A stretch of 63,373 bases of DNA from Candidatus Peregrinibacteria bacterium (GCA_016220175.1 JACRHZ010000075.1:1-63373); one strand, 5' to 3'; positions 40,806-51,559 are shown, numbered from the stretch's first letter. Translations and numbers: made by a program. Notes: generated by a model from the sequence alone, not told the origin.

Positions 40806-41217
40806 TTTGTCACCCCGGACTTGATCCGGGGTCAAAGTATCATGTCTGATATAAACCATCGTTCCAATATGACCAGATATTTTTATGAAAACAGAGCATA
40901 TTATGTGTATATCCTGAGTAATATAAAGAGAACTGTTCTGTATGTTGGCGTAACAAATAATCTCGAAAGGAGAATGCTTGAGCATAAAGCAAAATTGAAG
41001 GATGGATCCACAAAGAAATATGGAGTTCAGAGATTGATGTATTTTGAAGAATATCAGTATATTGGAGATGCAATTTATCGTGAAAAACAATTGAAAAAAT
41101 GGAGAAGAAAATGGAAGGAAGAGCTTATGGAAAAAGAAAATCCTCTTTGGAAAGATCTGGCTGAATCGTGGAACGATGATTGCATCTTTGACCCCGGATC
41201 AAGTCCGGGGTGACAAA
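40806..41217. mobile_element. GIY-YIG gene cassette bounded by perfect 32-bp inverted repeats
   Basis: TTTGTCACCCCGGACTTGATCCGGGGTCAAAG (40806-40837) and its reverse complement (41186-41217). Confidence 0.75.
40842..41213 (+). CDS. Small GIY-YIG nuclease
   Basis: YYVYIL, LYVGVTNNLERR, REKQLKKWRR.WK; start codon uncertain. Confidence 0.9.
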   Translation: MSDINHRSNMTRYFYENRAYYVYILSNIKRTVLYVGVTNNLERRMLEHKAKLKDGSTKKYGVQRLMYFEEYQYIGDAIYREKQLKKWRRKWKEELMEKENPLWKDLAESWNDDCIFDPGSSPG

Positions 41218-41375
41218 GACCGATATTGACCATAATTTGAGGAGTTTTGTTGTTTTTAATAATGGCGAAGTACAAAACATCCTGCCGTGCTTTGGACCTT
41301 TAAAGGAAAACAAACAAATGGAACCGCGCTAAAAACGCGCTTCCGCGGAAAGTTTGTGGTGGTGGAGTAAAAATT

Positions 41376-42185
41376 TTACTTGTATTCAGCAATAACAAAT
41401 TTATCTATTGGCTTAAAACCAATACTTTTGTAAACTTTTTGAGCGGCGATGTTATCATTGCCTGTGAAAAGCAATCCATACTTTATTCCCTTTTGAAAAT
41501 AATATTCGCATAATTTGCTCACGACCTTTTTCGCCAGTCCTTGTCCTCTAAATGCTTCTAACGTTCCCACACCGCCTATTTGAAAGTAATTTTTTGAATA
41601 CCCGTGAAGATTCGCCTTTGATACGATTTTGTTTCTCATTTTCATAAAAAATGTGTGTTCATGGAGAATTTTCTTTCTCTCTTTTGACCTGATTTCCCCT
41701 TTTTCTTTTGAAAAACCAATTTTTCTATCAAATTTAACAATATCATCAATATCTTTTTTAGAACCTTTTTCTTCGATCCCCGCTGAAAAATTTCGGAAAG
41801 TTTTTTTTGTGAGAATGAATACAATATCATTCATTATTTTTTTTGGCTTTTTCTTATGGATTTTCTCAAATCTCTCAATCATTCCCTTTGCATATTTCTT
41901 AAATGCAGGAACACATCCAATATTTAATTTTTCACGAACTCCATAATCAACAAGTGCTTCAAGGACTTTTATTCTATTGGCGTTAATCACAAAACTTCCA
42001 AATTTTCCAAAAAATGTAGCAAGTCCTATTAAACTTCCCCTTTGAAAGTATCCGTAGTATTTGTTTATAGAGAATGGTTTTTTGTCATTTTTAAAACTAC
42101 CGATAACAAAAAGATTTTCTCTTTCTCTTTTGTAGCAGAAATCAAGTATTTGTTGCTGGTTTTTTAGGGTTAGCTTTTTAATCAT
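41376..42185 (-). CDS. GNAT acetyltransferase (FR47-like)
   Basis: VGTLEAFRGQGLA, NIAAQKVYKSIGF motifs. Confidence 0.85.
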   Translation of the reverse strand: MIKKLTLKNQQQILDFCYKRERENLFVIGSFKNDKKPFSINKYYGYFQRGSLIGLATFFGKFGSFVINANRIKVLEALVDYGVREKLNIGCVPAFKKYAKGMIERFEKIHKKKPKKIMNDIVFILTKKTFRNFSAGIEEKGSKKDIDDIVKFDRKIGFSKEKGEIRSKERKKILHEHTFFMKMRNKIVSKANLHGYSKNYFQIGGVGTLEAFRGQGLAKKVVSKLCEYYFQKGIKYGLLFTGNDNIAAQKVYKSIGFKPIDKFVIAEYK

Positions 42186-42440
42186 TCACTTATATCTGAT
42201 CTTTAAAAGCAATATCGAAAGTGCGAGGAAAAATCCTATGACACTCATAATTCCTATCGGATAGTTCGGTTTTAAAAATCCGTAAACTGACCACAACATC
42301 AAACCAGAGGTATAAATGGTGTACCGACTAAGAGATAAATCTTTTGTGGATTTTGTTTTCCAGCTTTTTATTGTTTGCGGAATCAAAGAAATAGTCACAA
42401 GAATGCCGGCAATGTATCCCAATATATCGATGTATGGCAT
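42186..42440 (-). CDS. SemiSWEET/PQ-loop transporter
   Basis: IPQTIK..KTKSTKDLS, W..YG; 3 TM segments. Confidence 0.88.
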   Translation of the reverse strand: MPYIDILGYIAGILVTISLIPQTIKSWKTKSTKDLSLSRYTIYTSGLMLWSVYGFLKPNYPIGIMSVIGFFLALSILLLKIRYK

Positions 42441-42476
42441 GCGAGAATTAAAATTCGAATCTGTTTTTTTTGGCAA

Positions 42477-42863
42477 TTAACTGCGGATAATCTTCCTGCA
42501 TTTCTTCCTCCCACAATTACATTCCATATAAGTATTAGGAGGCAATTCTTCGCTGTAATCCGCAGTAATCTCTTCTCCTTGTTGAATATCTCTCATGGCA
42601 ACATCACAAAAATGCTGAGCAGTGGTGTTTGGTTCACATGAATGATTTACATACTTTTCAGGTTCTTGCAGTATCACATACTTACCATCTAAAAACGAAA
42701 TGTACTTTTTTTCCTCGTTAGACATTTTTTCCACTTTTTCTTTTGGCAATGTATGTGAAGTATCCCAATGCAAAACAATTTCCCCCTTCTTAAAATCACG
42801 ATGTGCGAACACTCCTTTTCCTTCAATCCCAGAATTTTTGACGAGGACTTGATCTGTTTTCAT
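42477..42863 (-). CDS. SET-domain protein-lysine methyltransferase
   Basis: GKGVFA, NHSCEPN, GEEITADY, post-SET CNCG..CR. Confidence 0.9.
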   Translation of the reverse strand: MKTDQVLVKNSGIEGKGVFAHRDFKKGEIVLHWDTSHTLPKEKVEKMSNEEKKYISFLDGKYVILQEPEKYVNHSCEPNTTAQHFCDVAMRDIQQGEEITADYSEELPPNTYMECNCGRKKCRKIIRS

Positions 42864-42914
42864 ATCTCACAAAAAGTTGTCGACTTTGTTAAACGTATCC
42901 TCATTCGTAATTGA

Positions 42915-44603
42915 TTATTGAATTCTCGTCTCTCCGAGCGAATCTCCCGCTGCGACCATGGGGAACACATTTTCTTCCTGCGAAACATTACATTCGATCA
43001 GTACTGGACCTTTGATTTTTCGGGCTTTCTTAATCGCTTCACGCGTTTCTTTTTGATTATTTGCACGAAATCCCGGAATTTCATTTGCTTCTGCGAGCTT
43101 CACGAAATCTGGGGTTTTCATGTCGACGAATGAATAGGTTTTATCATGGAAAAGTTCCTGCCACTGACGCACCATTCCGAGGTAATGATTGTTGATAATC
43201 ATCATTTTCAGTGGAATTTTATCTTGAATGAGTGTGATAAGTTCCTGTGAATTCATCTGAAATCCGCCATCGCCAGAAACACTCCAGACTTCCTCGTCTG
43301 GCATCGCGAGTTGAATCCCCATCGCTGTTGGAAGAGAAAATCCCATGGCGCCAAGACCTCCAGAATAAAAATGGGAATTTTCTTTTTTTACGGGAAATAC
43401 TTGTGCTGCCCACATTTGGTGCTGACCAACGTCAGGAACAAAAAGGACGTTTCCCTTCGTTTCTTCTGCGAGAATGCTCAGGGCATCGCACGCTCTCAGC
43501 GTATTCAAACATTTTCGGTCTTCACACGCATGGACTTTTTCAATTGCGAATTTATCTTTCCACGTATCAATAACCTTCCACCACGATTCGCATTTTTTCT
43601 GTTTGAGGAGTGGATTCAGTTTTTTCAAAGTTTCGGAAATATCTCCGATGAGAGGGACCGTCACTCGAACATTTTTTTCAATTTCAGAAGGATCAATTTC
43701 AAAGTGAATTACCTTTGCATCAGGAGCAAAATCTTTGAGTCTTCCGGTAATACGATCATCAAAACGAGATCCTAATGAAATCACGAGATCGGAATTATGA
43801 ACTGCATAATTTGCATACACATTTCCGTGCATTCCGAGAAGCCCGAGATTTTTTGAATGTGCGCTCGGAAGTGCGCTGAGTCCATGAAGTGTACAGACTG
43901 CGGGAATATCAGATTTTTCCAAAAAAGATTTAAGTTCCTGAAAAGCGCGAGAAATTACTACTCCATGCCCAACAATTGCCACTGGTTTTTTCGATGCCTG
44001 AATGAGATCACGAGCTTTTTCTAAATCTGAAGAAGAAACGCTGTGAATTTTTGGAAATCCCGGAAGAGAAACTTTTTTCGGATATTCATATTTCGCTGTT
44101 TTTAAAAACGCATCTTTCGTGATGTCGATATGCACTGGACCAGGACGTCCATTTTGCGCGATATAAAAAGCTTCCTTGATCACTCTTGCCAAATCTTTGG
44201 GATCGGAAACAAAATAGCTGTGCTTTACCACAGGAAGAAAAATTCCAATGGAATCAGTTTCCTGAAATGCATCACTCCCGAGAAGATGCGAGTGCACTTG
44301 CCCAGTAACGGCAATCATCGGAATAGAATCGAGCATTGCATCCGCAACTCCGGTAACGAGATTTGTCGCGCCGGGACCAGAAGTTGCAAAACATACTCCC
44401 GGTTTTCCGGTTGCGCGACCAACTCCATTTGCCGCAAATGCGGCTGCTTGTTCATGACGAACAAGAATATGTCGAAGTTTTGGATACTTTACGAGTCGAT
44501 CGTAGAGCGGAATCACCGAGCCTCCTGGATATCCGAAGACGAGACGAACTCCTTCTTGTATTATGCTCTGCAGTAATATATCAGCACCGCTTATTTCCGT
44601 CAT
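42915..44603 (-). CDS. ilvB: Acetolactate synthase large subunit
   Basis: FGYPGG, RHEQ, TSGPGATN, GDGGF..N, GMVRQWQ motifs. Confidence 0.96.
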   Translation of the reverse strand: MTEISGADILLQSIIQEGVRLVFGYPGGSVIPLYDRLVKYPKLRHILVRHEQAAAFAANGVGRATGKPGVCFATSGPGATNLVTGVADAMLDSIPMIAVTGQVHSHLLGSDAFQETDSIGIFLPVVKHSYFVSDPKDLARVIKEAFYIAQNGRPGPVHIDITKDAFLKTAKYEYPKKVSLPGFPKIHSVSSSDLEKARDLIQASKKPVAIVGHGVVISRAFQELKSFLEKSDIPAVCTLHGLSALPSAHSKNLGLLGMHGNVYANYAVHNSDLVISLGSRFDDRITGRLKDFAPDAKVIHFEIDPSEIEKNVRVTVPLIGDISETLKKLNPLLKQKKCESWWKVIDTWKDKFAIEKVHACEDRKCLNTLRACDALSILAEETKGNVLFVPDVGQHQMWAAQVFPVKKENSHFYSGGLGAMGFSLPTAMGIQLAMPDEEVWSVSGDGGFQMNSQELITLIQDKIPLKMMIINNHYLGMVRQWQELFHDKTYSFVDMKTPDFVKLAEANEIPGFRANNQKETREAIKKARKIKGPVLIECNVSQEENVFPMVAAGDSLGETRIQ

Positions 44604-44734
44604 GTTTTCAACAAAAATGTATGAGTATTTTCTTGGTTTTTTGCTGAAGATTCAAGTCAATTACGAATTACAAATTACGAATTACGAATAAAAAAACTAA
44701 ATACTGACAACTTGATCGTAATTCGTAATTGACT

Positions 44735-45637
44735 TTACCATTTCTCCGGTCGCACTTCCTTTTTTTCCGCATCCCAAAGAAATGGATTCGTCACAAATAC
44801 GTTTTTGGTGAGTTCTTCCAGAATTATCCCCCGATCTGACACGAGATCTTTGTGGATAACCTGATTTTCTAAAATGTCGATAAGCTTTGTGATCTCTTCA
44901 TCCTTGGGAATTTTTTTACCGATGAGTTCCGAAACTTTTGACTCAAGAGGAATATACACTGTAATTTTTTGAAGAAGAAAAAGCTTTCCCACTTCTTCTA
45001 TCTTATCGAGCAAATAGTTCTTTTCTTCATCTAATTCGGCATTTTGATATTGTTCAATAATGTTCCAAAAAGCAATTTCCACTTTTCCTTTTCGCGCTTC
45101 GAGTGTTGGGATAAGTGTTTTTGCTCCGCGAAGGCATCCAGATTTTGTGAGACATCGCTCATATGCGGCAATCGCTTTGTCGTAATCTTCGAGATAATAA
45201 AAAGAGAGAAATCCAAGATCAAAAGAAATTTGCCAGTCATTCGGAACATTTTTTTCACCCTTCAATAAAATTTCTTCAGCTTCAGGATATTTTTGTACTG
45301 AAGGAAGCATCAGTCCGGCAAAGTGATACACATATGCAAATTTCGGATCGAGATCAGTAATGGTTTGAGAAAATCCTTCGAGCGCGGGGAATTCCCTGAG
45401 CCGCGCATTTCCTCCCACATACTGAAGTGTTCTCAGCCAAAATAAATCCGCTAAAAAATTATCAAAACCCAGCGCAAAATATTTCAGTTCCTTTCCGCTA
45501 TTAAACGCGGTAATGGGAGCTTTATCAGAAAAAAAACGATTTTCATGAAATGGGAAAAGACTCATTTGTCCTTCCCAGATTCCCAGAAAAGAAATTCCTA
45601 TGAAAACGACGAGAACAAGCGTTCGAAATATTTTCAT
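44735..45637 (-). CDS. Membrane-anchored TPR protein
   Basis: N-terminal TM; ADLFWLRTLQY, TDLDP.F and TPR-like helices; follows the ABC pair. Confidence 0.7.
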   Translation of the reverse strand: MKIFRTLVLVVFIGISFLGIWEGQMSLFPFHENRFFSDKAPITAFNSGKELKYFALGFDNFLADLFWLRTLQYVGGNARLREFPALEGFSQTITDLDPKFAYVYHFAGLMLPSVQKYPEAEEILLKGEKNVPNDWQISFDLGFLSFYYLEDYDKAIAAYERCLTKSGCLRGAKTLIPTLEARKGKVEIAFWNIIEQYQNAELDEEKNYLLDKIEEVGKLFLLQKITVYIPLESKVSELIGKKIPKDEEITKLIDILENQVIHKDLVSDRGIILEELTKNVFVTNPFLWDAEKKEVRPEKW

Positions 45638-45694
45638 GAGAGAAAAATGATCAGCATATTTTTTCGCAAGGAAATCAAGAAAAATCTCGATTTC

Positions 45695-46447
45695 TCACAC
45701 AAATTGTTTTCGAGAAAATATGAGGATAGCGAAGATAAGGAAGAGGAGGATAAAAAGAACAGCAGTGAGGACAATGTAAAAAATATCAAGAGACGTATAG
45801 GGAATATCGTACAAAATATAATTTTTTAAATTCAAACTGCTAAAATTCGGCATGATGACATAGATGACATTGGAAAATTTTTGAAACACTTCTCCTCCAA
45901 AATGCGCTGAAAGAATTTTCAGAGATGCTGTGGTATTTCCGACTACAAAGAGAAGTATTCCCGCTACGGAAGAAAGGAGTGGAGACATGAACGATGAAAG
46001 AAATAATACGAGTGCAAGGAGAAGCAAAAAAGAGAGATAGAGGAGTGCGACTGTGAGAAGTATTGCGAAAGAAAACGGAACAAGGAAAAAATACACTCCC
46101 GTCATCAGCATGGTCGTCAAAAAAAGTACGGCGCCAAGTCCAAAAAATTTCCCCAGAATAATGGAACTTCTCGGAATTGGTTTTGGAATAAGGAGGAAAA
46201 TAGTTTTTTTATCAATTTCATTGAAAATCAGCCTGCTTCCGACAAATATGGTGAGAAAAATTCCAAAAAGGTGAATCATCGAAATGCCAAAATTTGCCAC
46301 GAGTCTTTGCTCTTGCCCTACCGCGAGTTTTCCAGCAAGTGGTGCTGCGAGAAGAAAGAGAAATCCAAAAACAAAAATAACAGAGAGAATTCGGTCTCGA
46401 ATTGCTTCTCGGAATGCGTTTTTTGCCAGAGAAAAAAGGACATTCAT
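45695..46447 (-). CDS. ABC-2 type permease
   Basis: FREAIRDR, EIDKKTI..L.PKPI.R..I..GKF; multiple TM segments. Confidence 0.88.
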   Translation of the reverse strand: MNVLFSLAKNAFREAIRDRILSVIFVFGFLFLLAAPLAGKLAVGQEQRLVANFGISMIHLFGIFLTIFVGSRLIFNEIDKKTIFLLIPKPIPRSSIILGKFFGLGAVLFLTTMLMTGVYFFLVPFSFAILLTVALLYLSFLLLLALVLFLSSFMSPLLSSVAGILLFVVGNTTASLKILSAHFGGEVFQKFSNVIYVIMPNFSSLNLKNYILYDIPYTSLDIFYIVLTAVLFILLFLIFAILIFSRKQFV

Positions 46448-47169
46448 GTGCGTTTTTGAGTAATAATGGAAACAAAAACTTCTTCGAGCGGAATGGTGTA
46501 ATTTTTGGTAATTACTTTCACGGTATCGTCCAGAATAATTTTTCCACGATCAATAATTGCCGCATGATCGCAGAGATCTTCGACATCAGAAAGAATGTGA
46601 GAATTAAAAAATACGGTTTTTCCATTTTTCTTGAGATTCAAAATAATGTCTTTTACTTCTTTTCGCCCAAGAGGATCAAGTCCTGCCATCGGTTCATCGA
46701 GAACTACAAGCTCAGGATTGTTAATAAGCGCTTGCGCAAGACCAAGACGCTGTTGCATTCCTTTGGAATATGTTCGAATCTTTGTATTCCATGCTTCTTT
46801 TTTGAGATGAACACTCAGAAGTGATTCGCCGATTTTTTTCTGAATTTTTACTCGCGGAATTCCAAAAATATTCGCACACATTTCAAGAAATTCCACTGCT
46901 GTAAGATACTGATAAAAATACGGATTTTCTGGGAGGAATCCAATTTTTGTTTTCACCCGAAAATCTTCAGGAGTGGAATCAAGAATCGAAATTTTTCCAG
47001 AAGTTGGACGCATGAGTCCCATCATCATTTTTACAGTTGTCGTTTTTCCAGCTCCATTTGGTCCCAAAAATCCAAAAACTTCTCCCTTTTTCACATTCAG
47101 CGAAATTTTCTCAACTGATGGAGTTTTTGTTCCTGGATATATTTTGGTAAGATGAGAAATGGAAATCAT
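46444..47169 (-). CDS. ABC transporter ATP-binding protein
   Basis: GPNGAGKTT, YSKGMQQR, LDEP motifs. Confidence 0.95.
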   Translation of the reverse strand: MISISHLTKIYPGTKTPSVEKISLNVKKGEVFGFLGPNGAGKTTTVKMMMGLMRPTSGKISILDSTPEDFRVKTKIGFLPENPYFYQYLTAVEFLEMCANIFGIPRVKIQKKIGESLLSVHLKKEAWNTKIRTYSKGMQQRLGLAQALINNPELVVLDEPMAGLDPLGRKEVKDIILNLKKNGKTVFFNSHILSDVEDLCDHAAIIDRGKIILDDTVKVITKNYTIPLEEVFVSIITQKRT

Positions 47170-47320
47170 CACGTTTCGATAAGGAAAACTCTGCTGAGAT
47201 TGTATCCAAAAGTAGATTTTTTGCAATGAGGAAAAAGGCGATCGGGCAGTAATTTTCTGGTAACGATTCCATTGTGTTTTATAAGGAGAAATGGAGATGC
47301 TTGTTGACTTCCTCTCGTAA

Positions 47321-47519
47321 TCGTCATCCCGACTGCAGACGCGAAACATTAGGAAGAATTCATGAAACACTGAGGGTGTCTTTTTGGAGGGATCTCACTT
47401 GACCATAAATATACACTGAATAAGGTGTACAGAGATTGGTGACAAGAGATTCCTCCCGTTCGTAAAGTTCACCCATCACACATCTTCCTGAAGCTGAATT
47501 ACTGCGGTCGGAATGACGA
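47321..47519. repeat. REPIN/MITE-like element with nested inverted repeats
   Basis: Outer IR 47321-47338/47502-47519 (16/18 match); inner IR 47386-47396/47446-47456. Confidence 0.6.
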
Positions 47520-47624
47520 AAAGCGTAGTGGGAACTTACTTCTATCGAATTCTCATCCAATGATTTTGAAAGAGAATCGAGAAAATTTTGCTTTCCTGCG
47601 CTATTTCTGGTAAAATAATATGAA

Positions 47625-48248
47625 ATGCAAGAACCTTTTTCCAAGAATATGTCGGAATCTCCATCGAATACCACTGCTCAAAATCTCCCAGATGATATTG
47701 AAAAAAATAAAGATATCGCAGCATTTTCCTACATCCTTATTTTCGCTCCTATTCTCCTCATAAGTCGCAGAGATAGCGACTTTATAAAGCATCATGCACT
47801 TCAGGCACTCTATCTCGGATTTTTCTTTGTGATTTTCGCCATGCTTCCCTGGGGTCTCAATTATTTGAATATTCTCATTGTAGCCGGTGCACTTATGGGA
47901 TTTTTGGAAGCACAGGCGGGACGATATTATAAAATACCAGTTGTTTCTGATCTTATTGTTCGAAAAATTACTCTCGAATCGACTTTTCAGAAACTGAAAA
48001 ATTTCGTTTTTAAAATAGGGAATATTCTGAGAAGAATTTTTACGGAAGGACCTGGATTTGCCGTGAGAGAAACTGCTGAAGCTATTGAAAAGGCTCGCGG
48101 AATTGACGCCCTGAGGGTACACAGCGAAGTTGAAGAAGTGCGAAAAGTTCTCGAAAAAACAAATGAAAAACTCAAGGTTCTGGAAACAGACCTGATTGCT
48201 CTCAAGAGTAACACAAGCTCCAAGCAGGAATTAGGAATTAGGAAGTAG
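47625..48248 (+). CDS. DUF4870-like membrane protein with coiled-coil tail
   Basis: NKDIAAFSY, FIKHHALQA, GRYYKIP motifs. Confidence 0.7.
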   Translation: MQEPFSKNMSESPSNTTAQNLPDDIEKNKDIAAFSYILIFAPILLISRRDSDFIKHHALQALYLGFFFVIFAMLPWGLNYLNILIVAGALMGFLEAQAGRYYKIPVVSDLIVRKITLESTFQKLKNFVFKIGNILRRIFTEGPGFAVRETAEAIEKARGIDALRVHSEVEEVRKVLEKTNEKLKVLETDLIALKSNTSSKQELGIRK

Positions 48249-48409
48249 GAATTAGGAAGTAGGAATTAGGAAGTAGGAATAAGGAAGCAGGAATAAGGAA
48301 GTAGGAATACGGCTTTATAGAGATGACACTTTTCGAATGTCATTTCTTGAGTGTTGCACCTCTTCCTTATCCATTATTCCTAATTCCTGCTTCCTAATTC
48401 CTACTTCCT
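48225..48409. repeat. Heptamer tandem repeats (TAGGAAT/TAGGAAG)n with an inverted set downstream
   Basis: About 12 direct units at 48225-48310 and complementary units at 48364-48409. Confidence 0.85.
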
Positions 48410-49920
48410 TACAGAAGTGACACAGGATTTTCCATGTCCCTTTGCTCACGTTCAGTGCGAGTAGCATCATTTCTCACCTGCTCAATATGAATTAGGTACT
48501 CTTCTTTCACATTTTTCGTGCAATATACTCCATCAAAACAAGAAGTTTCAAATCCATCGAGTTTTGGATTTCCCTCATGACAGGCGGCGATAAAGTCTTC
48601 GAGATCCTGATAAAAAAGTCCATCAGCACCAATAAATTTCCCAATTTCATCTTCGGTAAGTCCATGGGCAATAAGTTCGTTTCGTGACGGCATATCAATG
48701 CCGTATACGTTCGGATATTTCACCTCTGGAGCAGTGGAAGCAAAATACACTTTTTTAGCTCCTGCATTTCTCGCCATCTCAATAATTTTCTTAGATGTAT
48801 TTCCACGAACAATTGAGTCATCAACGAGAAGGACATTCTTATCTTTGAATTCTAGAGAAATAGCATTGAGTTTTTGTCGAATAGATTTTTGCCGAATTTC
48901 TTGTCCTGGCATGATGAAAGTTCTGCCAATGTACCGATTCTTTACAAAACCTTCGCGATATTTCACGTTCAGCTTATGAGCAATTTCGATAGCCGCAGTA
49001 CGACCAGAATCTGGAATGGGAATTACCACATCAATATCGTGATTTTTTAACTTTTTCAGAATTTTTTTTGCGAGTTTTTCTCCCATTCTGAGGCGTGCTT
49101 TATATACGGAAATTTTATCAAGAATCGAATCTGGTCTCGCGAGATAGACGAGTTCAAAAATACACGGACGATATTCCGTGTGATCCGCGCATATTTTATA
49201 TTCGTATTCATTTGAATTAAACGGGAAATAAATGCATTCTCCCGGAAGCACATCACGAATTATCTCGAATCCAAGGCTGTCCAGAGCAACCGATTCAGAG
49301 GCAACCATGTATTCTGTCCCGAACGGTGTTTTTCGTTTTCCGAAAATAAGCGGCCGAATAGCGTATGGATCACGAAAAGCAATCATGCCGTGATCTGCAA
49401 TAAGAGCGACAGCCGCATAAGCGCCACTACATCTCTTATTGAGTCGGGTGACTGCGGCAAAAATATCATCTCCGCTCAGTTTGATTTTATTGCACTGCTG
49501 AAGCTCATGCGCGAGAATATTGAGGAGAATTTCTGAATCAGACGTGGTGTTCAAATGCCGACGATCTTTTTGAAAAATTTCTTCCGCAAGTTCATCTGCA
49601 TTTACGAGATTTCCATTATGACCAAGTGAAATTCCAAACGGAGCATTTACATAAAAAGGCTGGGCCTCAAGTGGAGAAGCACAGCCTGCAGTTGGATAAC
49701 GCACATGTCCTATTCCGACATTTCCAACGAGATCCTTCATATTTTTTGTGCGGATCACATCTCTCACAAGACCATTTCCTTTGTGCATGAAAAAATTCCG
49801 CCCCTGAATTGTGGTAATTCCTGCGGCATCTTGTCCCCTGTGTTGGAGAACAGTAAGAGCATCGAAAATATCCTGATTCGCCGGATATTGCCGATTAATA
49901 ATACCAACAAGACCGCACAT
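48409..49920 (-). CDS. purF: Amidophosphoribosyltransferase
   Basis: N-terminal [27 protein letters not shown] motifs. Confidence 0.97.
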   Translation of the reverse strand: MCGLVGIINRQYPANQDIFDALTVLQHRGQDAAGITTIQGRNFFMHKGNGLVRDVIRTKNMKDLVGNVGIGHVRYPTAGCASPLEAQPFYVNAPFGISLGHNGNLVNADELAEEIFQKDRRHLNTTSDSEILLNILAHELQQCNKIKLSGDDIFAAVTRLNKRCSGAYAAVALIADHGMIAFRDPYAIRPLIFGKRKTPFGTEYMVASESVALDSLGFEIIRDVLPGECIYFPFNSNEYEYKICADHTEYRPCIFELVYLARPDSILDKISVYKARLRMGEKLAKKILKKLKNHDIDVVIPIPDSGRTAAIEIAHKLNVKYREGFVKNRYIGRTFIMPGQEIRQKSIRQKLNAISLEFKDKNVLLVDDSIVRGNTSKKIIEMARNAGAKKVYFASTAPEVKYPNVYGIDMPSRNELIAHGLTEDEIGKFIGADGLFYQDLEDFIAACHEGNPKLDGFETSCFDGVYCTKNVKEEYLIHIEQVRNDATRTEREQRDMENPVSLL

Positions 49921-49982
49921 TGTTTCGGGAAAAAGGTACCTTTATTGTGAGGGAAAGGCAGGAAAAGCGCAATGTCAATATC

Positions 49983-50019
49983 AATTACGAATTACGAATT
50001 ACGAATTACGAATTACGAA
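49983..50019 (+). repeat. (AATTACG)5 heptamer microsatellite
   Basis: Direct tandem repeat; the same unit occurs at ~2993, 7113, 18108 and 44659. Confidence 0.85.
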
Positions 50020-50068
50020 TGCTGTCCTACTACCTGATTTTCATATTTTTGAAATATTCAAACTTTTC

Positions 50069-51559
50069 TCATGCGCGAAACCGAAATCGGGCTTTAAAAT
50101 GTCGAAGTGAAAGCTCTTTGCCGTAAATCACATCCACGGGGGGAATTTTATCGCGATTTTCAAAAAGTTTTTGTATCGCTTGAGCAGCAGCAGTGAGATC
50201 TTGTTCCTCATATCGTAAACGTGGTACAGCGAGCCGCACAAAGTTTACTTCGGGAAATGTTTCTTTCTGTGACACCGAATCATAGGATCCAAATGCAAAA
50301 TTGCCGAGTTCACATGCTCGATGTCCGTACCCGGCAAGAAGAAGTGCTGTAAAAGAAATTCCTCCAAAATCTCCCGGAGTCATTTTTGTACCAGCAAAAA
50401 ACCGATTCATGTCAATATATACGGCATGTCCACCGAATGGCTGTAAAACTGGAACCCCAGCGTCCGCGAGGGTTTTTCCAAAATTTTGAACCTGCCTGAT
50501 GCGAGCAGTAAGATACTCTTCTTCGGTCACTTGTTTGAGTCCATACACGAGCGTCATAATATCCCTTCCCGAAAGACCTCCATACGTTGGATGTCCCTCT
50601 TTCATGATCTGGTAATTCATGAGATCATCGAGCATTTTGGGATATTTCTTATGAAAAAGTCCACCATGCTTTATAAAAAGTCCGCCTCCCATATTTACAA
50701 GCCCGTCTTTTTTGAAACTCATCGTAAATCCATCTCCATGGGAAAAAATCTCTTTCACAATCGCTGGTATTCTTTTTTCTTGATACTCGCTTTCGTGCTG
50801 CTGAATGAACCACGCATTTTCTGCAAACCGGCACGCATCCAAAAAAAGAGGAATATCATAAGAGTGAAGTAACTCTGCAACTTCGCGAATATTTTGAAGA
50901 GAAACCGGCTGCCCACCTCCGGTGTTATTTGTAATGGTGAGAAAAACAAGAGGAATTCTGTTTGCAGAGGTTTCTAGCAGGCTTTGGAGCCTTCCTATAT
51001 GCATATTCCCCTTAAAGTAGGATGAAGATGATTCATCCTTGAATTCTTCACAAAACAAGTTTTGTGGTTCAATTTTATTTGCTGTGATATTCGCTTCAGT
51101 TGTATCAAAATGCCCATTGCTCGGGATAATGAGGTTATCTCCGAGCTTTCCAATATGGGAAAAAAATGCATCTTCTGCAGCTCGTCCTTGATGGAACAAA
51201 AATGCATTTGGAGATTCTTCTGTCTCTATGTGCCAAAAATCTTCACCAAATGTTTCTCGGATTTGGTCTCTGAGCAAAAAATATCCAGCATTTGATCCGT
51301 ACGCTTCGTCGCCTTTATGAAGAGCTGCCCATTGTTCTGAAGTCATTGTGGTCACTCCAGAATCGGAGAGGAGATCACACCCGGTTACCATTTCTGATGG
51401 GAAATAAAAAATATTGAGACCTACTTCTTCAAGTACTTTTGTTCTCATTTCTGGAGAGCAGATTTTTTTAAACTGTACGGAATGATTTATGTATGCTCGA
51501 GGGAGTGTTTCGAGGGTTTTTTCATGTGGAAAATTTTTGAGAAGAAGCGAGAGATTCAT
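50069..51559 (-). CDS. Tryptophanase / tyrosine phenol-lyase family beta-eliminating lyase
   Basis: DLLSDSG, GDEAY, HQGRAAE, HFDTT, SFKKDG, TYGGL.GRD, GGHAV motifs. Confidence 0.9.
   Translation of the reverse strand: MNLSLLLKNFPHEKTLETLPRAYINHSVQFKKICSPEMRTKVLEEVGLNIFYFPSEMVTGCDLLSDSGVTTMTSEQWAALHKGDEAYGSNAGYFLLRDQIRETFGEDFWHIETEESPNAFLFHQGRAAEDAFFSHIGKLGDNLIIPSNGHFDTTEANITANKIEPQNLFCEEFKDESSSSYFKGNMHIGRLQSLLETSANRIPLVFLTITNNTGGGQPVSLQNIREVAELLHSYDIPLFLDACRFAENAWFIQQHESEYQEKRIPAIVKEIFSHGDGFTMSFKKDGLVNMGGGLFIKHGGLFHKKYPKMLDDLMNYQIMKEGHPTYGGLSGRDIMTLVYGLKQVTEEEYLTARIRQVQNFGKTLADAGVPVLQPFGGHAVYIDMNRFFAGTKMTPGDFGGISFTALLLAGYGHRACELGNFAFGSYDSVSQKETFPEVNFVRLAVPRLRYEEQDLTAAAQAIQKLFENRDKIPPVDVIYGKELSLRHFKARFRFRA

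Noticed and set aside
41221..42863. Integron cassette array (GNAT, SemiSWEET, SET)
   Set aside because: The genes abut directly with no attC-like spacers, and no integrase is present.
48225..48310. CRISPR array
   Set aside because: Contiguous 7-nt units with no unique spacers; this is a microsatellite.
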